Shown here piece after piece: positions 1 to 10,643 of a stretch of DNA of 64,000 bases; the first letter of the stretch is position 1, and each line of letters starts with the position of its first letter. The notes beneath the pieces are model-generated. The model saw nothing but the letters and a program-made list of their open reading frames with translations. It searched no databases and had not been told where the DNA came from. The translations under genes were made by a program, and so were the position numbers. Location: NCBI GenBank assembly GCA_963726455.1, contig CAVSCK010000004.1, positions 608,001-672,000 on the forward strand. Direction: 5' to 3'. The stretch comes from an uncultured bacterium. Its GTDB lineage: Bacteria; Zixibacteria; MSB-5A5; CAIYYT01.

Positions 1-849
1 GCGGGGGCGCCCTGGATTCTCGATCAGGACGGCACGCGCTCGGACATAGGGGCGCTCGGAGGTCCCGGCGGTTCGGTATATCTCTATCAGGATTTGCCCC
101 CAAAAGCTCCCGCGAAATTCACGGCGGGACCACGGGAAGGTCGGGTGATCCTCGGCTGGGAACGGGCCAGCGAGAGTGACTTTCGGAATTACGTTCTCTT
201 TCGAGCAGTTGAGCCGAACGCTCCCCTCGACTCACAGCAAGTCTTCGCCTATCTCGACCGATCCGGCCGGACGACGGACGACATTCGCAAGAACATGTTG
301 CCCTTCGAGGACGGCGGCAAGGAGCTTGACCTAGAGCAGTACATCCCGAAGTACGCCTTACGGGATTCGCGACGAAGCTACTTCGTCGACTGGCACCCCA
401 TTGACACCGCAACATCTTACTACACGCTTGTAGCGGTAGACAGTTCAGGGCTGGTGTCTGACGCAGGTGTTGTTCAGGTAAACCCACCGCAAGCAGTGGG
501 GCACCCCGTCATCGAAGACAGCGCGGAAAACACCGTGTCTGTCGGCGTGCCGGACAGCGCCTATTTGGAACCCAACTATCCTAATCCTTTTAATGCAACT
601 ACCGCTCTTGTATACAATCTTCCTGCTCTCGGCGCGCAACCGGCGCCGGTGCATATTGAGATCTTCAACACCTTGGGGCAGAAAGTCAAGACACTGGTCG
701 ACGAACGCCAGTCGTCGGGGCGACATACGGCTTACTGGAACGGAGACGATGATTACGGGAGATCTTTAAGCAGCGGAATCTATTTCTGCAGATTGGAGGT
801 GTCGGGAATCGAGTTTGTCAAGAGTGGGAAGATGATCATTCTCAAGTGA
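1..849 (+). CDS. Secreted protein, 5'-truncated; FN3-like segment and C-terminal FlgD-Ig / T9SS type A sorting-like domain
   Basis: Frame 1 is open from base 1 (AGAPWILDQDGTRSDIGALGGP, typical end of a parallel beta-helix domain). C-terminus NYPNPFN...IFNTLGQKVKTLVD...WNG.D..G..LSSGIYF...KMIILK. Confidence 0.85.
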   Translation, partial: AGAPWILDQDGTRSDIGALGGPGGSVYLYQDLPPKAPAKFTAGPREGRVILGWERASESDFRNYVLFRAVEPNAPLDSQQVFAYLDRSGRTTDDIRKNMLPFEDGGKELDLEQYIPKYALRDSRRSYFVDWHPIDTATSYYTLVAVDSSGLVSDAGVVQVNPPQAVGHPVIEDSAENTVSVGVPDSAYLEPNYPNPFNATTALVYNLPALGAQPAPVHIEIFNTLGQKVKTLVDERQSSGRHTAYWNGDDDYGRSLSSGIYFCRLEVSGIEFVKSGKMIILK

Positions 850-905
850 TAGCGGAGTGAATTGCGGTAGCACGTTTCATCCAGACACCAATCAGCAAGT
901 CAGAA

Positions 906-2306
906 CTATATTGCTCGCGGTAGTCTGTTCAGCCCATTCAATGCTGCCGTCTTGTATGCCTCGGCGATCGTGGGGTAGTTCATGACGGTGTCGACGAAAT
1001 AGTCGATGGTGCCGCCGAAAGTCATCACCGCCTGGCCGATGTGAATGATTTCCGTCGCGCGCTCGCCGATGATGTGCACACCTAACAACTTGTGGTCAGC
1101 AGGATCAAACAACAACTTGAGAACGCCGTCGTGGTCGTTGTTGATCTGGCCGCGCGGCAACTCGAAGAAATGCGCGATACCTTTTTCGTATGGATGCTTC
1201 TGTTGCTGCAAGCTTTCCTCGGTCTCGCCGACATAGGAAACTTCTGGGATAGTGTAAATACCAAACGGGAGATATTTCTGCGCCAGCGTGCGATGGCTGC
1301 CGGTGAATGCCGCCAATGATGCGATGCGTCCCTGATCCATCGCCGTTGAGGCCAACATGGGGAAGCCGACCACATCTCCGACGGCGAAGACATTCGGTAC
1401 TGATGTGCGATATACCTGATCAACTTCGAGTGTGCCGTTCTGCAACGGACGCAAGCCGATATGTTTGAGGCCGAGCGCGTCGGTGTTGCCCAACCGTCCG
1501 GCTGTGATCAGCAACACTTCGGCTTTGACGACCTGATCGTTGTCAAGCACGACCTCAATACCGTCATCAAGCACGTTGACAGCTTTCTGCGCATTTCCGA
1601 GGACCATGTCGATGCCGCTATCGCGCAGCAAACCGAACAAGATCTCGGCGAATTCAGCATCGAAGAAACTGAGAAGCTTGCTCCGCTTGTCGATCAGCGT
1701 AACTTTGATGTCGAGTTTGGAAAATATGCTGCCCCACTCGCAACCGATCACGCCGCCACCAAGAATCGCCATCGTCTTGGGAACGCGCTTCAGTTCAATG
1801 ATCGACTCACCGTCGAAGATTCGGACGCCGTCATAATTGAGTTCTGGGAATCGATAGGGGCGAGTGCCGACCGCGAGTACGATGTATTCACCGGCTATCG
1901 TACCGAGCTGTTCCATGCCGGAGTAAATTGCCATCGTATTGGCGTCGACAAATTGCGCGCGGCCGCTGTAAACGCGAATATTGTTTCGGCGCAGTTGGTC
2001 ACGAATGACGGCGACCTCGTTGTCGACGACAATGTTCTTCCGGTGCATCAATTCCTGGATAGTGACGCCAGGTTTCAGGGAAAGATCGAAGCCGTAAAAC
2101 GACCTTTGGCGCAGGCCGTCGAAGTAGACCGAGGTCTCCCGTAGCGTCTTTGATGGCAGAGTCCCGGTGTGCACACAGACGCCCCCGACCACCGCTTTTC
2201 GCTCCACGATGGCGACACTCTTACCAAGCTTGCCGGCCTGAATTGCGGCCCATTCGCCGGCCGGACCGGAACCGACGACGAGCAAATCGTACTTGTCAGC
2301 GAACAC
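906..2306 (-). CDS. sthA: Soluble pyridine nucleotide transhydrogenase (Si-specific NAD(P)+ transhydrogenase)
   Basis: FAD motif GSGPAG; GGVCVHTGTLPSK (CxxxxT instead of the CxxxxC of lipoamide dehydrogenase); GGGVIG; C-terminal NYPTIAEAYK. Confidence 0.9.
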   Translation of the reverse strand: MFADKYDLLVVGSGPAGEWAAIQAGKLGKSVAIVERKAVVGGVCVHTGTLPSKTLRETSVYFDGLRQRSFYGFDLSLKPGVTIQELMHRKNIVVDNEVAVIRDQLRRNNIRVYSGRAQFVDANTMAIYSGMEQLGTIAGEYIVLAVGTRPYRFPELNYDGVRIFDGESIIELKRVPKTMAILGGGVIGCEWGSIFSKLDIKVTLIDKRSKLLSFFDAEFAEILFGLLRDSGIDMVLGNAQKAVNVLDDGIEVVLDNDQVVKAEVLLITAGRLGNTDALGLKHIGLRPLQNGTLEVDQVYRTSVPNVFAVGDVVGFPMLASTAMDQGRIASLAAFTGSHRTLAQKYLPFGIYTIPEVSYVGETEESLQQQKHPYEKGIAHFFELPRGQINNDHDGVLKLLFDPADHKLLGVHIIGERATEIIHIGQAVMTFGGTIDYFVDTVMNYPTIAEAYKTAALNGLNRLPRAI

Positions 2307-2557
2307 GATAGGGCCTCATAGCGTCGATTCGAGGAAATTCTCGTCCTTGTCTGTTCATCCAATGCAACCCTAATAGTTTCTTGGCTTTGACACAATTCCG
2401 TTCTGAATTCGCGCCAATATACTACTAATTACGTAGCGGGACAAAGGCAGAAAAGCTGAATCAGTCGGTTGATCCGAGGTGTCTCTCGAAGGAACGACAA
2501 GGCCACTAACCGACAGAAGTTACTGTCAGACAATGCCTTGTTGGTCGATTATTTTAG

Positions 2558-2586
2558 TTGCGCCCGAAAACAGAATTACGTATTAT
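2558..2586 (+). promoter_or_regulatory. Putative sigma70 promoter of the rimP-nusA-infB operon
   Basis: TTGCGC-17 nt-TATTAT, 45 nt upstream of the rimP ATG. Confidence 0.55.
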
Positions 2587-2631
2587 AGGCAATTGCACAG
2601 GTATGCCGTGCAAAGAATTGAGAGGGCTTCG

Positions 2632-3093
2632 ATGAAAAGCGCCTATCAACAAATTATGGAGGAGAAGCTGACCTTAATGATCGACCCGACAGTGACCGAA
2701 TACGGCTGCGAGCTCGTGGAACTGCAATACGTTCAACGAAAAGCGCGGGCGCTGGTGCGGGTTTTGGTGGACAAACAGGGTGGGGTCACGGTTGATGACT
2801 GTGCGGCGATCTCGCATCGGATCTCCTTCCTGATGGACACCAGCGATCCCCTGGACGGCCAGTTTATCCTGGAAGTATCATCTCCGGGACTTGACCGGCC
2901 ATTGACTACGCCGGCAGATTTTCGCCGCAAGGTCGGTGAGTTGGTAAAACTATCGTTGAAAAACGAGACCGGTAACGGCGGGCCGCAAGGCCAGATCATG
3001 GGAGTGAGCGACACGGCGGTGACTCTGAGGACCGAGGCGGGCGAGGAGCACTACCGGTTGACGGATATCATCAAGGGAAGAATAATATTTTGA
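2632..3093 (+). CDS. rimP: Ribosome maturation factor RimP
   Basis: GVTVDDCAAIS and LEVSSPGLDRPL motifs; sits upstream of nusA. Start placed at ATG 2632 after GAGGG rather than the ORF-track 2479. Confidence 0.95.
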   Translation: MKSAYQQIMEEKLTLMIDPTVTEYGCELVELQYVQRKARALVRVLVDKQGGVTVDDCAAISHRISFLMDTSDPLDGQFILEVSSPGLDRPLTTPADFRRKVGELVKLSLKNETGNGGPQGQIMGVSDTAVTLRTEAGEEHYRLTDIIKGRIIF

Positions 3094-3107
3094 AGTCGGA
3101 GCGGGTG

Positions 3108-4490
3108 ATGCAATACGACATTCTCGAGGCGCTCAACCAGATCGCCGTCGAAAAGAACATGGAACTCGATTACGTGGTTGAGACGTTGAAGGCCTCCCTG
3201 GTCTCGGCTGCGCGGAAGAAATATGGCGAGGGTGACAACATCATCGTGAACATCGATCGCCGTTCCGGCGAGATCAATATGCATGCGGTGAAGACTGTGG
3301 TCGAGGAAGTGACCAACCCCTTTGCCGAGATTTCGCTGAAGGAAGCGAAAGAGATCGATGCGGAAGCTGAAATCGGCGACGAAGTGGAAATCTTCATCCC
3401 ATTCGAGGAATTCGGCCGCAATGCCATCGCGTCGGCCAAACAGATTCTGATTCAAAAGGTGCGCGAGGCCGAGCGCGAGACAGTATACAACGAGTATATC
3501 AAGAAGGTCGGCGAGTTGGTCACGGGCACGGTGCAACAGGTTGACAAGGGCAATATCATCGTGAATCTGGGACGTGCCGAAGCCATACTGCCGTTGAAAG
3601 AGCAAATTTCCAAAGAAAAATACCGCCAGGGAGATCGGCTGCGCGCTTTGGTACTGGAAGTGCAGAAGTCGCAGCGCGGACCGCAAGTGGTACTGTCGCG
3701 CGCCAGCAATTCGCTGCTGCAGCGGCTCTTTGAACTTGAGGTACCCGAAATCTTCGAGCGCATCATCGAGATCAAAGCAGTCGCCCGCGAACCTGGTGAA
3801 CGCGCCAAGGTGGCGGTCGTGTCCGCCGATGAGCGTATCGATCCGGTCGGCGCTTGTGTCGGTGTCAAGGGTGTACGCGTGCAGGCCATCGTGCGGGAGT
3901 TGAACAACGAACGCATCGATATCGTGCCGTATCATCCCGACCCGGAGATTTTCGTGACGCGCGCATTAGCACCGGCTAAAGTGGTGCGTATCGACACTCT
4001 GCCCGAGGAAAGCACCATGACCATCGTGGTCGAGGACGATCAGTTGTCGCTGGCGATCGGCAAGGGCGGACAGAACGCCCGGCTGGCGGCGAAACTGACC
4101 GGCTGGAAGGTCAATATTCTCTCCGAGTCTGATTTCTTCGAGAGAAAACGCGAAGAAGCCGAGGCGAAGGTCGAAATATCGAAGTTGTCGATCGGCGAAG
4201 CGACAATTCAGAAACTGATTTCAGCCGATTACAAGTTCATTCAGGATATTCTGGAGGTAACACCGGCGCGTTTGACCGAGATCGAAGGTATTGGGCCCAA
4301 GAAGGCCGACCAGATCATCGAGGCCGCGCGCGAATACATGTTCGAACTGCAGACCAACAAGGCCGAGGCCGAGCAATTAGAAACCGAGGAAGACGAAGAG
4401 GAAGAGGCCGAAGTTGCTTCCAAGCCGCGTAAGGCAGCCGATCTGTTCCACGAGACTGTTGAGGATGAGGATCAGAGCGACAAGAAGTAG
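3108..4490 (+). CDS. nusA: Transcription termination/antitermination factor NusA
   Basis: FGRNAIASAKQ, S1 and KH domains (AREPGERAKVAV, AIGKGGQNARLA), C-terminal HhH and acidic tail. Confidence 0.98.
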   Translation: MQYDILEALNQIAVEKNMELDYVVETLKASLVSAARKKYGEGDNIIVNIDRRSGEINMHAVKTVVEEVTNPFAEISLKEAKEIDAEAEIGDEVEIFIPFEEFGRNAIASAKQILIQKVREAERETVYNEYIKKVGELVTGTVQQVDKGNIIVNLGRAEAILPLKEQISKEKYRQGDRLRALVLEVQKSQRGPQVVLSRASNSLLQRLFELEVPEIFERIIEIKAVAREPGERAKVAVVSADERIDPVGACVGVKGVRVQAIVRELNNERIDIVPYHPDPEIFVTRALAPAKVVRIDTLPEESTMTIVVEDDQLSLAIGKGGQNARLAAKLTGWKVNILSESDFFERKREEAEAKVEISKLSIGEATIQKLISADYKFIQDILEVTPARLTEIEGIGPKKADQIIEAAREYMFELQTNKAEAEQLETEEDEEEEAEVASKPRKAADLFHETVEDEDQSDKK

Positions 4491-4592
4491 CCGCGCAGGT
4501 AGAATTCGTCGAAATCCCGAAAGTGGAGAATTCATCTATCGGAGCGTTCAGGGATTGATTTCCGGTAGTTCATTCGAATGATAGAGAGTGGT

Positions 4593-6860
4593 ATGGCAAG
4601 AAAGCGCCTTTACGAAGTAGCCAAAGAATACAATATCTCGTCGGAAGCGATCGTCAAGCTCGTGCGCGAACTTGGGTTCGATATCAAGTCGCACATGTCG
4701 ACGGCGGATGATGACATGATGAAAGCAATCGCTTCGAAGTTCTCGGAAGAGAAGGAGACTGTCAAGCAGGAGATCAGCCGCAAGAAGAAGATCCTTCTCA
4801 AGGAAGTGACCGTCGAGGAGAAGATCGTTCCTCCGGTTGCAGTCGCGACGCCCGAAGATGCCTTCGAGCTCGTAGAACCGGCCGGCACGGAGAAGATTGT
4901 ATCGAAGGCAAAAATTATCGAGCGCACGGCGCGGCAGGCCGCGGAATTGCGCAAGAAGAAAAAAGATCGGCGCAAGAAGAAACGCCACGAGGAAATCAAG
5001 TCGGCGGAAGTTAAAGCCGCATTCAAGAAGACCATGGCCAAGCTTGACCTTGGCAAGCGCATCAAAAAGTACAAACGCAAAGAGAAGCCGGACGGCACTA
5101 TAGTCGAGGAAGAGACCAGCGCCATTCAGGTCACTGAGTTCATGTCGCTGGCCGAACTGGCAGCAACCATCGGAGTCAAGCCGGCCGACCTGATTGCCAA
5201 GTGCATGGATCTGGGCATGATGGTGACGATCAACCAGCGGCTCGACATGGACACGATCGCGACGCTGTCGCTTGAGTATGGGCTGGAAGTAGAGGAAGTC
5301 AAGGAGATCGGTGTCGAGGAGGAGGGCGAGGTCCTTGATGAAGAAGATCTTCAGCCCCGCGCTCCGATCGTAACGATCATGGGGCACGTCGATCACGGCA
5401 AGACTTCACTTCTGGATTACATTCGCAAATCAAATATCGCCGGCGGCGAGGCGGGCCTGATCACACAGCATATCGGCGCTTATCAGGTGCGGGTGTCAAA
5501 CGGTTTCATCACCTTTCTCGACACTCCGGGCCACGAAGCATTTACCGCCATGCGCGCCCGCGGCGCCCATATCACCGATATCGTCGTGTTGGTCGTTGCT
5601 GCAGATGACGGCGTTATGCCGCAAACGCTCGAAGCAATTGACCATGCGCGCGCCGCTGGGGTTCCGATTATTGTTGCGATCAACAAGATGGATAAGCCGG
5701 GCGCCAAGCCCGATGCCATCAAGCAACAGCTTGCCGGACGCGGTTTGGTACCGGAAGAGTGGGGCGGCAAGTCGATCTTTGTCGAAGTCTCAGCCAAGAC
5801 CGGTATCGGCGTTGACAAACTGAAAGAGATGATTCTGCTGCAGGCAGAGATGCTCGAACTGAAGAGCAATCCCGATCAACTGGCGCGCGGAACGGTCGTT
5901 GAAGCCAAACTCGATCGCGGGCGTGGTGTCATTACCACGGTCATCGTCGACCGCGGCACCCTGCACGTGGGCGATCCGGTAGTTGCCGGCAATTACTCCG
6001 GCCGTGTTCGAGCGATGTTGAATGATCGCAGCGAAAAAGTTGAGGAAGTTCTTCCCGGAGAGCCGGTACAGGTGATCGGCCTGGCGGGTGTTCCGCAGGC
6101 AGGCGATTCGTTCCTCGCAGTCGACAGCGAGACAGAGGCGCGCGAAATATCCTCGCGCCGCATGCAGATTCGCCGCGAGCAGGATTTCCGTCAGCTCAAA
6201 CGCGTCACGCTGGCGAATCTTTACGATCAAATCAAAGAAGGCGAAGTCAAAGACTTACGCATCATTATCAAGGGTGACGTCGATGGGTCGGTGCAGGTGT
6301 TGAGAGACACGCTGGAGAAGATCGGTACATCGGAAGTCAGGGTTAATGTCATCCATTACGGCGTCGGCGGAATTACGGAATCCGACGTTCTGTTGGCCGC
6401 CGCCTCTAACGCAATTATTATCGGTTTCCATGTACGACCCGATGCGCGCGCACGGGAATTGGCCGGCAAAGAGAAGATTGATATTCGGTTGTATACGATC
6501 ATCTACGAAGTGGAAAACGATATCCGCAAAGCGCTCGAAGGCCTTCTGGAACCGGACCGTGAAGAGAGAATCACCGGTCTGGCCGAAGTCAAGAATACAT
6601 TCCGAGTTCCGAAAATTGGCGTCGTGGCGGGAAGCTACGTGCAAAGCGGCACAATTCACAAGGGCGACAAGGCGCGTATCATCCGTGATAACGTCGGGAT
6701 TTACGTCGGCGCCATCAACTCGCTGCGGCGTTTCAAGGATGACGCCAGAGAAGTGCCGACCGGCATGGAATGCGGAATCAAGATTGAAAACTTCGATGAT
6801 ATCAAAGAAGGTGACCTGATCGAGACATACGAAATAGTGGAAATTGCCCGCAAACTGTAG
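4593..6860 (+). CDS. infB: Translation initiation factor IF-2
   Basis: [20 protein letters not shown] and NKMD GTPase motifs; IF2_N domain (RLYEVAKE). Confidence 0.98.
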   Translation: MARKRLYEVAKEYNISSEAIVKLVRELGFDIKSHMSTADDDMMKAIASKFSEEKETVKQEISRKKKILLKEVTVEEKIVPPVAVATPEDAFELVEPAGTEKIVSKAKIIERTARQAAELRKKKKDRRKKKRHEEIKSAEVKAAFKKTMAKLDLGKRIKKYKRKEKPDGTIVEEETSAIQVTEFMSLAELAATIGVKPADLIAKCMDLGMMVTINQRLDMDTIATLSLEYGLEVEEVKEIGVEEEGEVLDEEDLQPRAPIVTIMGHVDHGKTSLLDYIRKSNIAGGEAGLITQHIGAYQVRVSNGFITFLDTPGHEAFTAMRARGAHITDIVVLVVAADDGVMPQTLEAIDHARAAGVPIIVAINKMDKPGAKPDAIKQQLAGRGLVPEEWGGKSIFVEVSAKTGIGVDKLKEMILLQAEMLELKSNPDQLARGTVVEAKLDRGRGVITTVIVDRGTLHVGDPVVAGNYSGRVRAMLNDRSEKVEEVLPGEPVQVIGLAGVPQAGDSFLAVDSETEAREISSRRMQIRREQDFRQLKRVTLANLYDQIKEGEVKDLRIIIKGDVDGSVQVLRDTLEKIGTSEVRVNVIHYGVGGITESDVLLAAASNAIIIGFHVRPDARARELAGKEKIDIRLYTIIYEVENDIRKALEGLLEPDREERITGLAEVKNTFRVPKIGVVAGSYVQSGTIHKGDKARIIRDNVGIYVGAINSLRRFKDDAREVPTGMECGIKIENFDDIKEGDLIETYEIVEIARKL

Positions 6861-6867
6861 TCTAGCC

Positions 6868-7149
6868 ATGCAGTTCGGAACTCTCCGCGTAGTCCTGCAG
6901 ATTCCGCAGTCGCGGTCGTTAAAGACCAAGCGGCAGGTAATCAAAGGAATCAAAGATAGATTGAAGAACCGTTTCAATATCTCCATCGCGGAGGTCGAGG
7001 ATAACGACCTCTGGCAGCGTGCTACGTTGGGTGTGGCCGTGGTGGCCAACGACCGACAGTTTATCGATCAAGTACTGGAGAACGTAATCAACTACATCGA
7101 ATCCAATCCCGAAGTGATCGTAGTTGACGTACAGAAGGAGCAATACTGA
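6868..7149 (+). CDS. DUF503 (YlxP-like) protein
   Basis: SLKTKRQVIK..KDRLKNRFNISIAEV..NDLWQRA; usual position between infB and rbfA. Confidence 0.9.
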   Translation: MQFGTLRVVLQIPQSRSLKTKRQVIKGIKDRLKNRFNISIAEVEDNDLWQRATLGVAVVANDRQFIDQVLENVINYIESNPEVIVVDVQKEQY

Positions 7150-7520
7150 TGGCCTTCAAACGTATCGACCGGTTGCGCGACCAGATTAAACAAGTGGTCG
7201 CCGAGACGATTCAGCTTAAGCTTAAGGATACGCACGTGGGTTTCATCACGGTAACGGACGTGAAACTTTCCAGCGACCTGTCCGAGGCCACAGTGTTCTA
7301 CTCGGTATTCGGCGACGCGCTGACTCAGAAGTCGACCAATCGCGCCCTGGACCACGCCAAGGGATATATACAATCGGAACTGGCCCGGCAGATGTCGATT
7401 CGCAAGGTGCCGATTCTTACCTTCAAAGTCGATCGCTCAGTCGAACACGGACTGCGCATCGAAGAATTGCTGAACCGAATTCACGAAGATGATGAACGAC
7501 GAAAAGACGACACTGAGTGA
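7149..7520 (+). CDS. rbfA: 30S ribosome-binding factor RbfA
   Basis: ITVTDVKLSSDLSEATVFYS and RKVPILTFKVDRS; synteny. Confidence 0.95.
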   Translation: MAFKRIDRLRDQIKQVVAETIQLKLKDTHVGFITVTDVKLSSDLSEATVFYSVFGDALTQKSTNRALDHAKGYIQSELARQMSIRKVPILTFKVDRSVEHGLRIEELLNRIHEDDERRKDDTE

Positions 7521-8475
7521 GATAGTTCAGAAGCTCCGGCAGGGGGGAAAAGTGCTGATTTCCGCACACGTGAACCCCGACGGCGATTCGATTGGGTCAC
7601 AACTGGCGATCTATGATCTCTGCAAGTTGTGCCAGTGTGAACCTACGATCGTCAACCAGGATAGCGCCGTGCCGCGATATAAGTTCCTGAACAAGCATGC
7701 ACTCGTCAACTTGTATAACCCGGAAACGGCTTACCCACAATTTGATTTCGCGATACTACTCGAGTGTCCGGAGCTGTCGCGAATCGGCAAAGTGCAGCAG
7801 CTGATACCCGAAGGATGTTTCGTAATCAACATCGATCACCATCCTGACAACCAGTTTTATGGACAGATAAATTATGTGGATAGCCACGCGGAAGCCGTGG
7901 GCGTCATGGTTTACAAGCTTTTCCATGAGGCGGGGTTTCCGATCACGCGTGACAATGCAGATGAATTATTCACCGCGATTCTCACCGACACCGGGCGCTT
8001 TCGCTTCTCTAACACCACGGCTGATGTCATGCACCTGGCCGCCGACCTGCTCACCGTCGGGGCCAATCCCAAGAAGATCAGTGACGCATTGTATGCGTGT
8101 TACGACAACAAGCAATTGCGCATGATCGGCGAAATGATCGCCGCGATGGAGATCGTGCATAACGGACGCACCTGCGTGCTTGTCTCCGATCGCGAATTGC
8201 GGGGGAAATACGGCAATGATGCGCAAGAGGTCGAGGGGCTGGCGGACTTCACGCTTTACACTTGCGGCGTGAAAGTGGGCGCACTGTTGCGGGAGCTGGG
8301 CCCTGCAGATACCAAGGTGTCGATGCGCGGGCATGGTGAAGTTGATGTTGCCGTCATTGCTAAAGTCCATGGTGGCGGCGGTCATCCTAATGCTGCGGGT
8401 TGCCACATTGCGCTGCCGCTGCGCGAAGCACAGAAGGTGTTACTCGAACAGATTGAGAAAGCGCTGCCGGCATGA
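7489..8475 (+). CDS. nrnA: DHH-family bifunctional oligoribonuclease / pAp phosphatase
   Basis: HVNPDGDSIGS, IDHH, TDTGRF, GGGGHPNAAG. Confidence 0.9.
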   Translation: MMNDEKTTLSEIVQKLRQGGKVLISAHVNPDGDSIGSQLAIYDLCKLCQCEPTIVNQDSAVPRYKFLNKHALVNLYNPETAYPQFDFAILLECPELSRIGKVQQLIPEGCFVINIDHHPDNQFYGQINYVDSHAEAVGVMVYKLFHEAGFPITRDNADELFTAILTDTGRFRFSNTTADVMHLAADLLTVGANPKKISDALYACYDNKQLRMIGEMIAAMEIVHNGRTCVLVSDRELRGKYGNDAQEVEGLADFTLYTCGVKVGALLRELGPADTKVSMRGHGEVDVAVIAKVHGGGGHPNAAGCHIALPLREAQKVLLEQIEKALPA

Positions 8476-9416
8476 ACGGATTCTTGTTAATAGACAAACC
8501 CGAGGGCATCTCGTCGTTCAAAGCCGTCTCCAAAGTGCGGCGAGCGCTTGGGATTGAGAAAGCCGGACATTGCGGCACTCTCGATCCGTTGGCAACGGGA
8601 CTGCTGATTGCCTGCCTTGGACGCGCCACAAAGTTGGCGCAGTTTGTCAGCAAGCAAGACAAGAGCTATATAACTGAGATCACATTGGGTTTCACCTCGA
8701 CGACCTATGATCGCGACGGAGAATTGACTGAGTGCGCGGCGAGCAGCCGACCGACTCAGGATGAAATTCTGGCGGCGATTGACCCGTTCGTTGGCGACAC
8801 TGATCAGATGCCTCCGATGTTTTCGGCAGTTAAGCACATGGGACAACCGCTGTACAAATATGCATTGAAGAATAAGCCGGTTGAGCAAACCGCGCGCAAG
8901 GTCCATATCGAGTGCATCAAGTTAAAGGAATACGAGTTTCCGCGACTTACGGTCGAAGTAGATTGTTCCAGCGGAACATACATTCGCAGTCTGGCTCATG
9001 ATCTGGGGCAGCAGCTTGGCTGCGGCGGATATGTGACGAAACTACGGCGTACGCGTATCGGCAAATGGCATGTTGAGGATGCTGTCGCGCTCGACAGTTT
9101 GGATGACCAGACACAGTCCGAAGGTGTGAAGACGGCGGATATTGCTCGCTTGGGCCGGGCATACATACCGATCGAAAGCATGCTGGATTTTCCGGCGCTT
9201 TGCGTGACCGAACTTCGCGCTACCGAGATACCGAACGGTGTCCCAATTCGCGCTAAAGATATCACCGGCCACGATGAGCCAATGGTGGCAGGACAACTTG
9301 TGGCAGTTCGCGATGGCCGCGGACTACTGCTTGCAGTCGGACGAATGATTGGCAACGGTACCACGCTCACTGGAACATCTAATGATCCGGTCGTCGAATA
9401 TGTCAGGGTGATTTGA
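8472..9416 (+). CDS. truB: tRNA pseudouridine(55) synthase
   Basis: GHCGTLDPLATG, PPMFSAVK, CSSGTYIRSL. Confidence 0.97.
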   Translation: MNGFLLIDKPEGISSFKAVSKVRRALGIEKAGHCGTLDPLATGLLIACLGRATKLAQFVSKQDKSYITEITLGFTSTTYDRDGELTECAASSRPTQDEILAAIDPFVGDTDQMPPMFSAVKHMGQPLYKYALKNKPVEQTARKVHIECIKLKEYEFPRLTVEVDCSSGTYIRSLAHDLGQQLGCGGYVTKLRRTRIGKWHVEDAVALDSLDDQTQSEGVKTADIARLGRAYIPIESMLDFPALCVTELRATEIPNGVPIRAKDITGHDEPMVAGQLVAVRDGRGLLLAVGRMIGNGTTLTGTSNDPVVEYVRVI

Positions 9417-10337
9417 ATGCGAGTCTTTAACAACGTAGAAGCGGCATCCGAGTTCCTGAAAGATGGATCGGCGGTGACGATCGGCAGTTTCGACGGCATC
9501 CACATCGGTCATCAGCAGATCATTCGCGAATTAGCCGCCTGCGGCCGCAGGAACAATTCCAAGTCGGTAATGGTGACTTTCGATCCCCATCCACAGAAAG
9601 TCGTGTCGACCCGAGACGTGCCGCCGCTATTGACGACCACTGCTGAGAAATTACGGCTTTTGGAGAAAGAAACACTCGATGCAGTCGTCGTACTGAATTT
9701 CACCAAGGAACTTGCCGCGCTGGGTGCGCGCGAGTTTCTGGAGCGATTTCTGATTGAGGGTCTGTCCTGCCGCTGCATGGTGATCGGCACCAATCACGCA
9801 TTTGGACATAAGCGGGAGGGAAACGTTGATTTCCTGCGCGCAAACGCAGACCACTATGGTTATCATATGATCGCGCTTGAGCCCATCATGTTCGGGGATC
9901 GTCCAGTCGGAAGTATGCGCATACGCAAGGAAATCGCAGGTGGCGACTTCGCCTCGGCGCTGAGTATGCTGGGGCACGACCTCGAATTCGAGGGTAAGGT
10001 GGTGCGCGGTAAGGGGATCGGGAAGAGCTTGGGTTTTCCGACCATAAATGTTAAATTATCCCCGGAGAAGATCGTACCGCCCCCAGGCGTCTACGCGGCG
10101 TATAATATCATTGGTTCGCAGCGACGTTACGGGATGATGTACGTCGGCGACGCCGGCCAGGAATTCGCTTTCGAGGTCAACATCTTCGATTACGAGGGTG
10201 ACCTCTATGGTGACACGGTCAGCGTTTTTCCGACGGCATATATGAGAAATTCTATCCGGTTTGCCGATTCGCAATCGCTGAAGCGGCAGATAGCGCAAGA
10301 TGAAGTGAAAATTAGAGAATTGTTTAACATAACGTAA
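9417..10337 (+). CDS. ribF: Bifunctional riboflavin kinase / FAD synthetase
   Basis: IGSFDGIHIGH, TFDPHP, GFPTIN. Confidence 0.95.
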   Translation: MRVFNNVEAASEFLKDGSAVTIGSFDGIHIGHQQIIRELAACGRRNNSKSVMVTFDPHPQKVVSTRDVPPLLTTTAEKLRLLEKETLDAVVVLNFTKELAALGAREFLERFLIEGLSCRCMVIGTNHAFGHKREGNVDFLRANADHYGYHMIALEPIMFGDRPVGSMRIRKEIAGGDFASALSMLGHDLEFEGKVVRGKGIGKSLGFPTINVKLSPEKIVPPPGVYAAYNIIGSQRRYGMMYVGDAGQEFAFEVNIFDYEGDLYGDTVSVFPTAYMRNSIRFADSQSLKRQIAQDEVKIRELFNIT

Positions 10338-10349
10338 GGAGTAACAAAA

Positions 10350-10619
10350 GTGCCATTGTCTGGAGACAAGAAGAAAGAGATCATCGATCATTTCCATCTG
10401 CATGATAAGGACACCGGTTCGCCGGAGGTGCAGATCGCGCTGCTGACGCAGCAAATCAACGAATTAACCCTCCACATGCAGAAACATCCCAAGGACCTGC
10501 ATTCACGTCACGGTCTGTTGAAGATGGTGGGCAAGAGGAGACGGCTACTTAACTACCTGCGCGATAGCGATATCGAGAGTTATCGCCACCTCGTGGAACA
10601 ATTAGACCTGCGCAGATAG
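10350..10619 (+). CDS. rpsO: 30S ribosomal protein S15
   Basis: [13 protein letters not shown]...[22 protein letters not shown]. Confidence 0.98.
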   Translation: MPLSGDKKKEIIDHFHLHDKDTGSPEVQIALLTQQINELTLHMQKHPKDLHSRHGLLKMVGKRRRLLNYLRDSDIESYRHLVEQLDLRR

Positions 10620-10643
10620 TGCTGAAAGAATAGGCAAGAACAA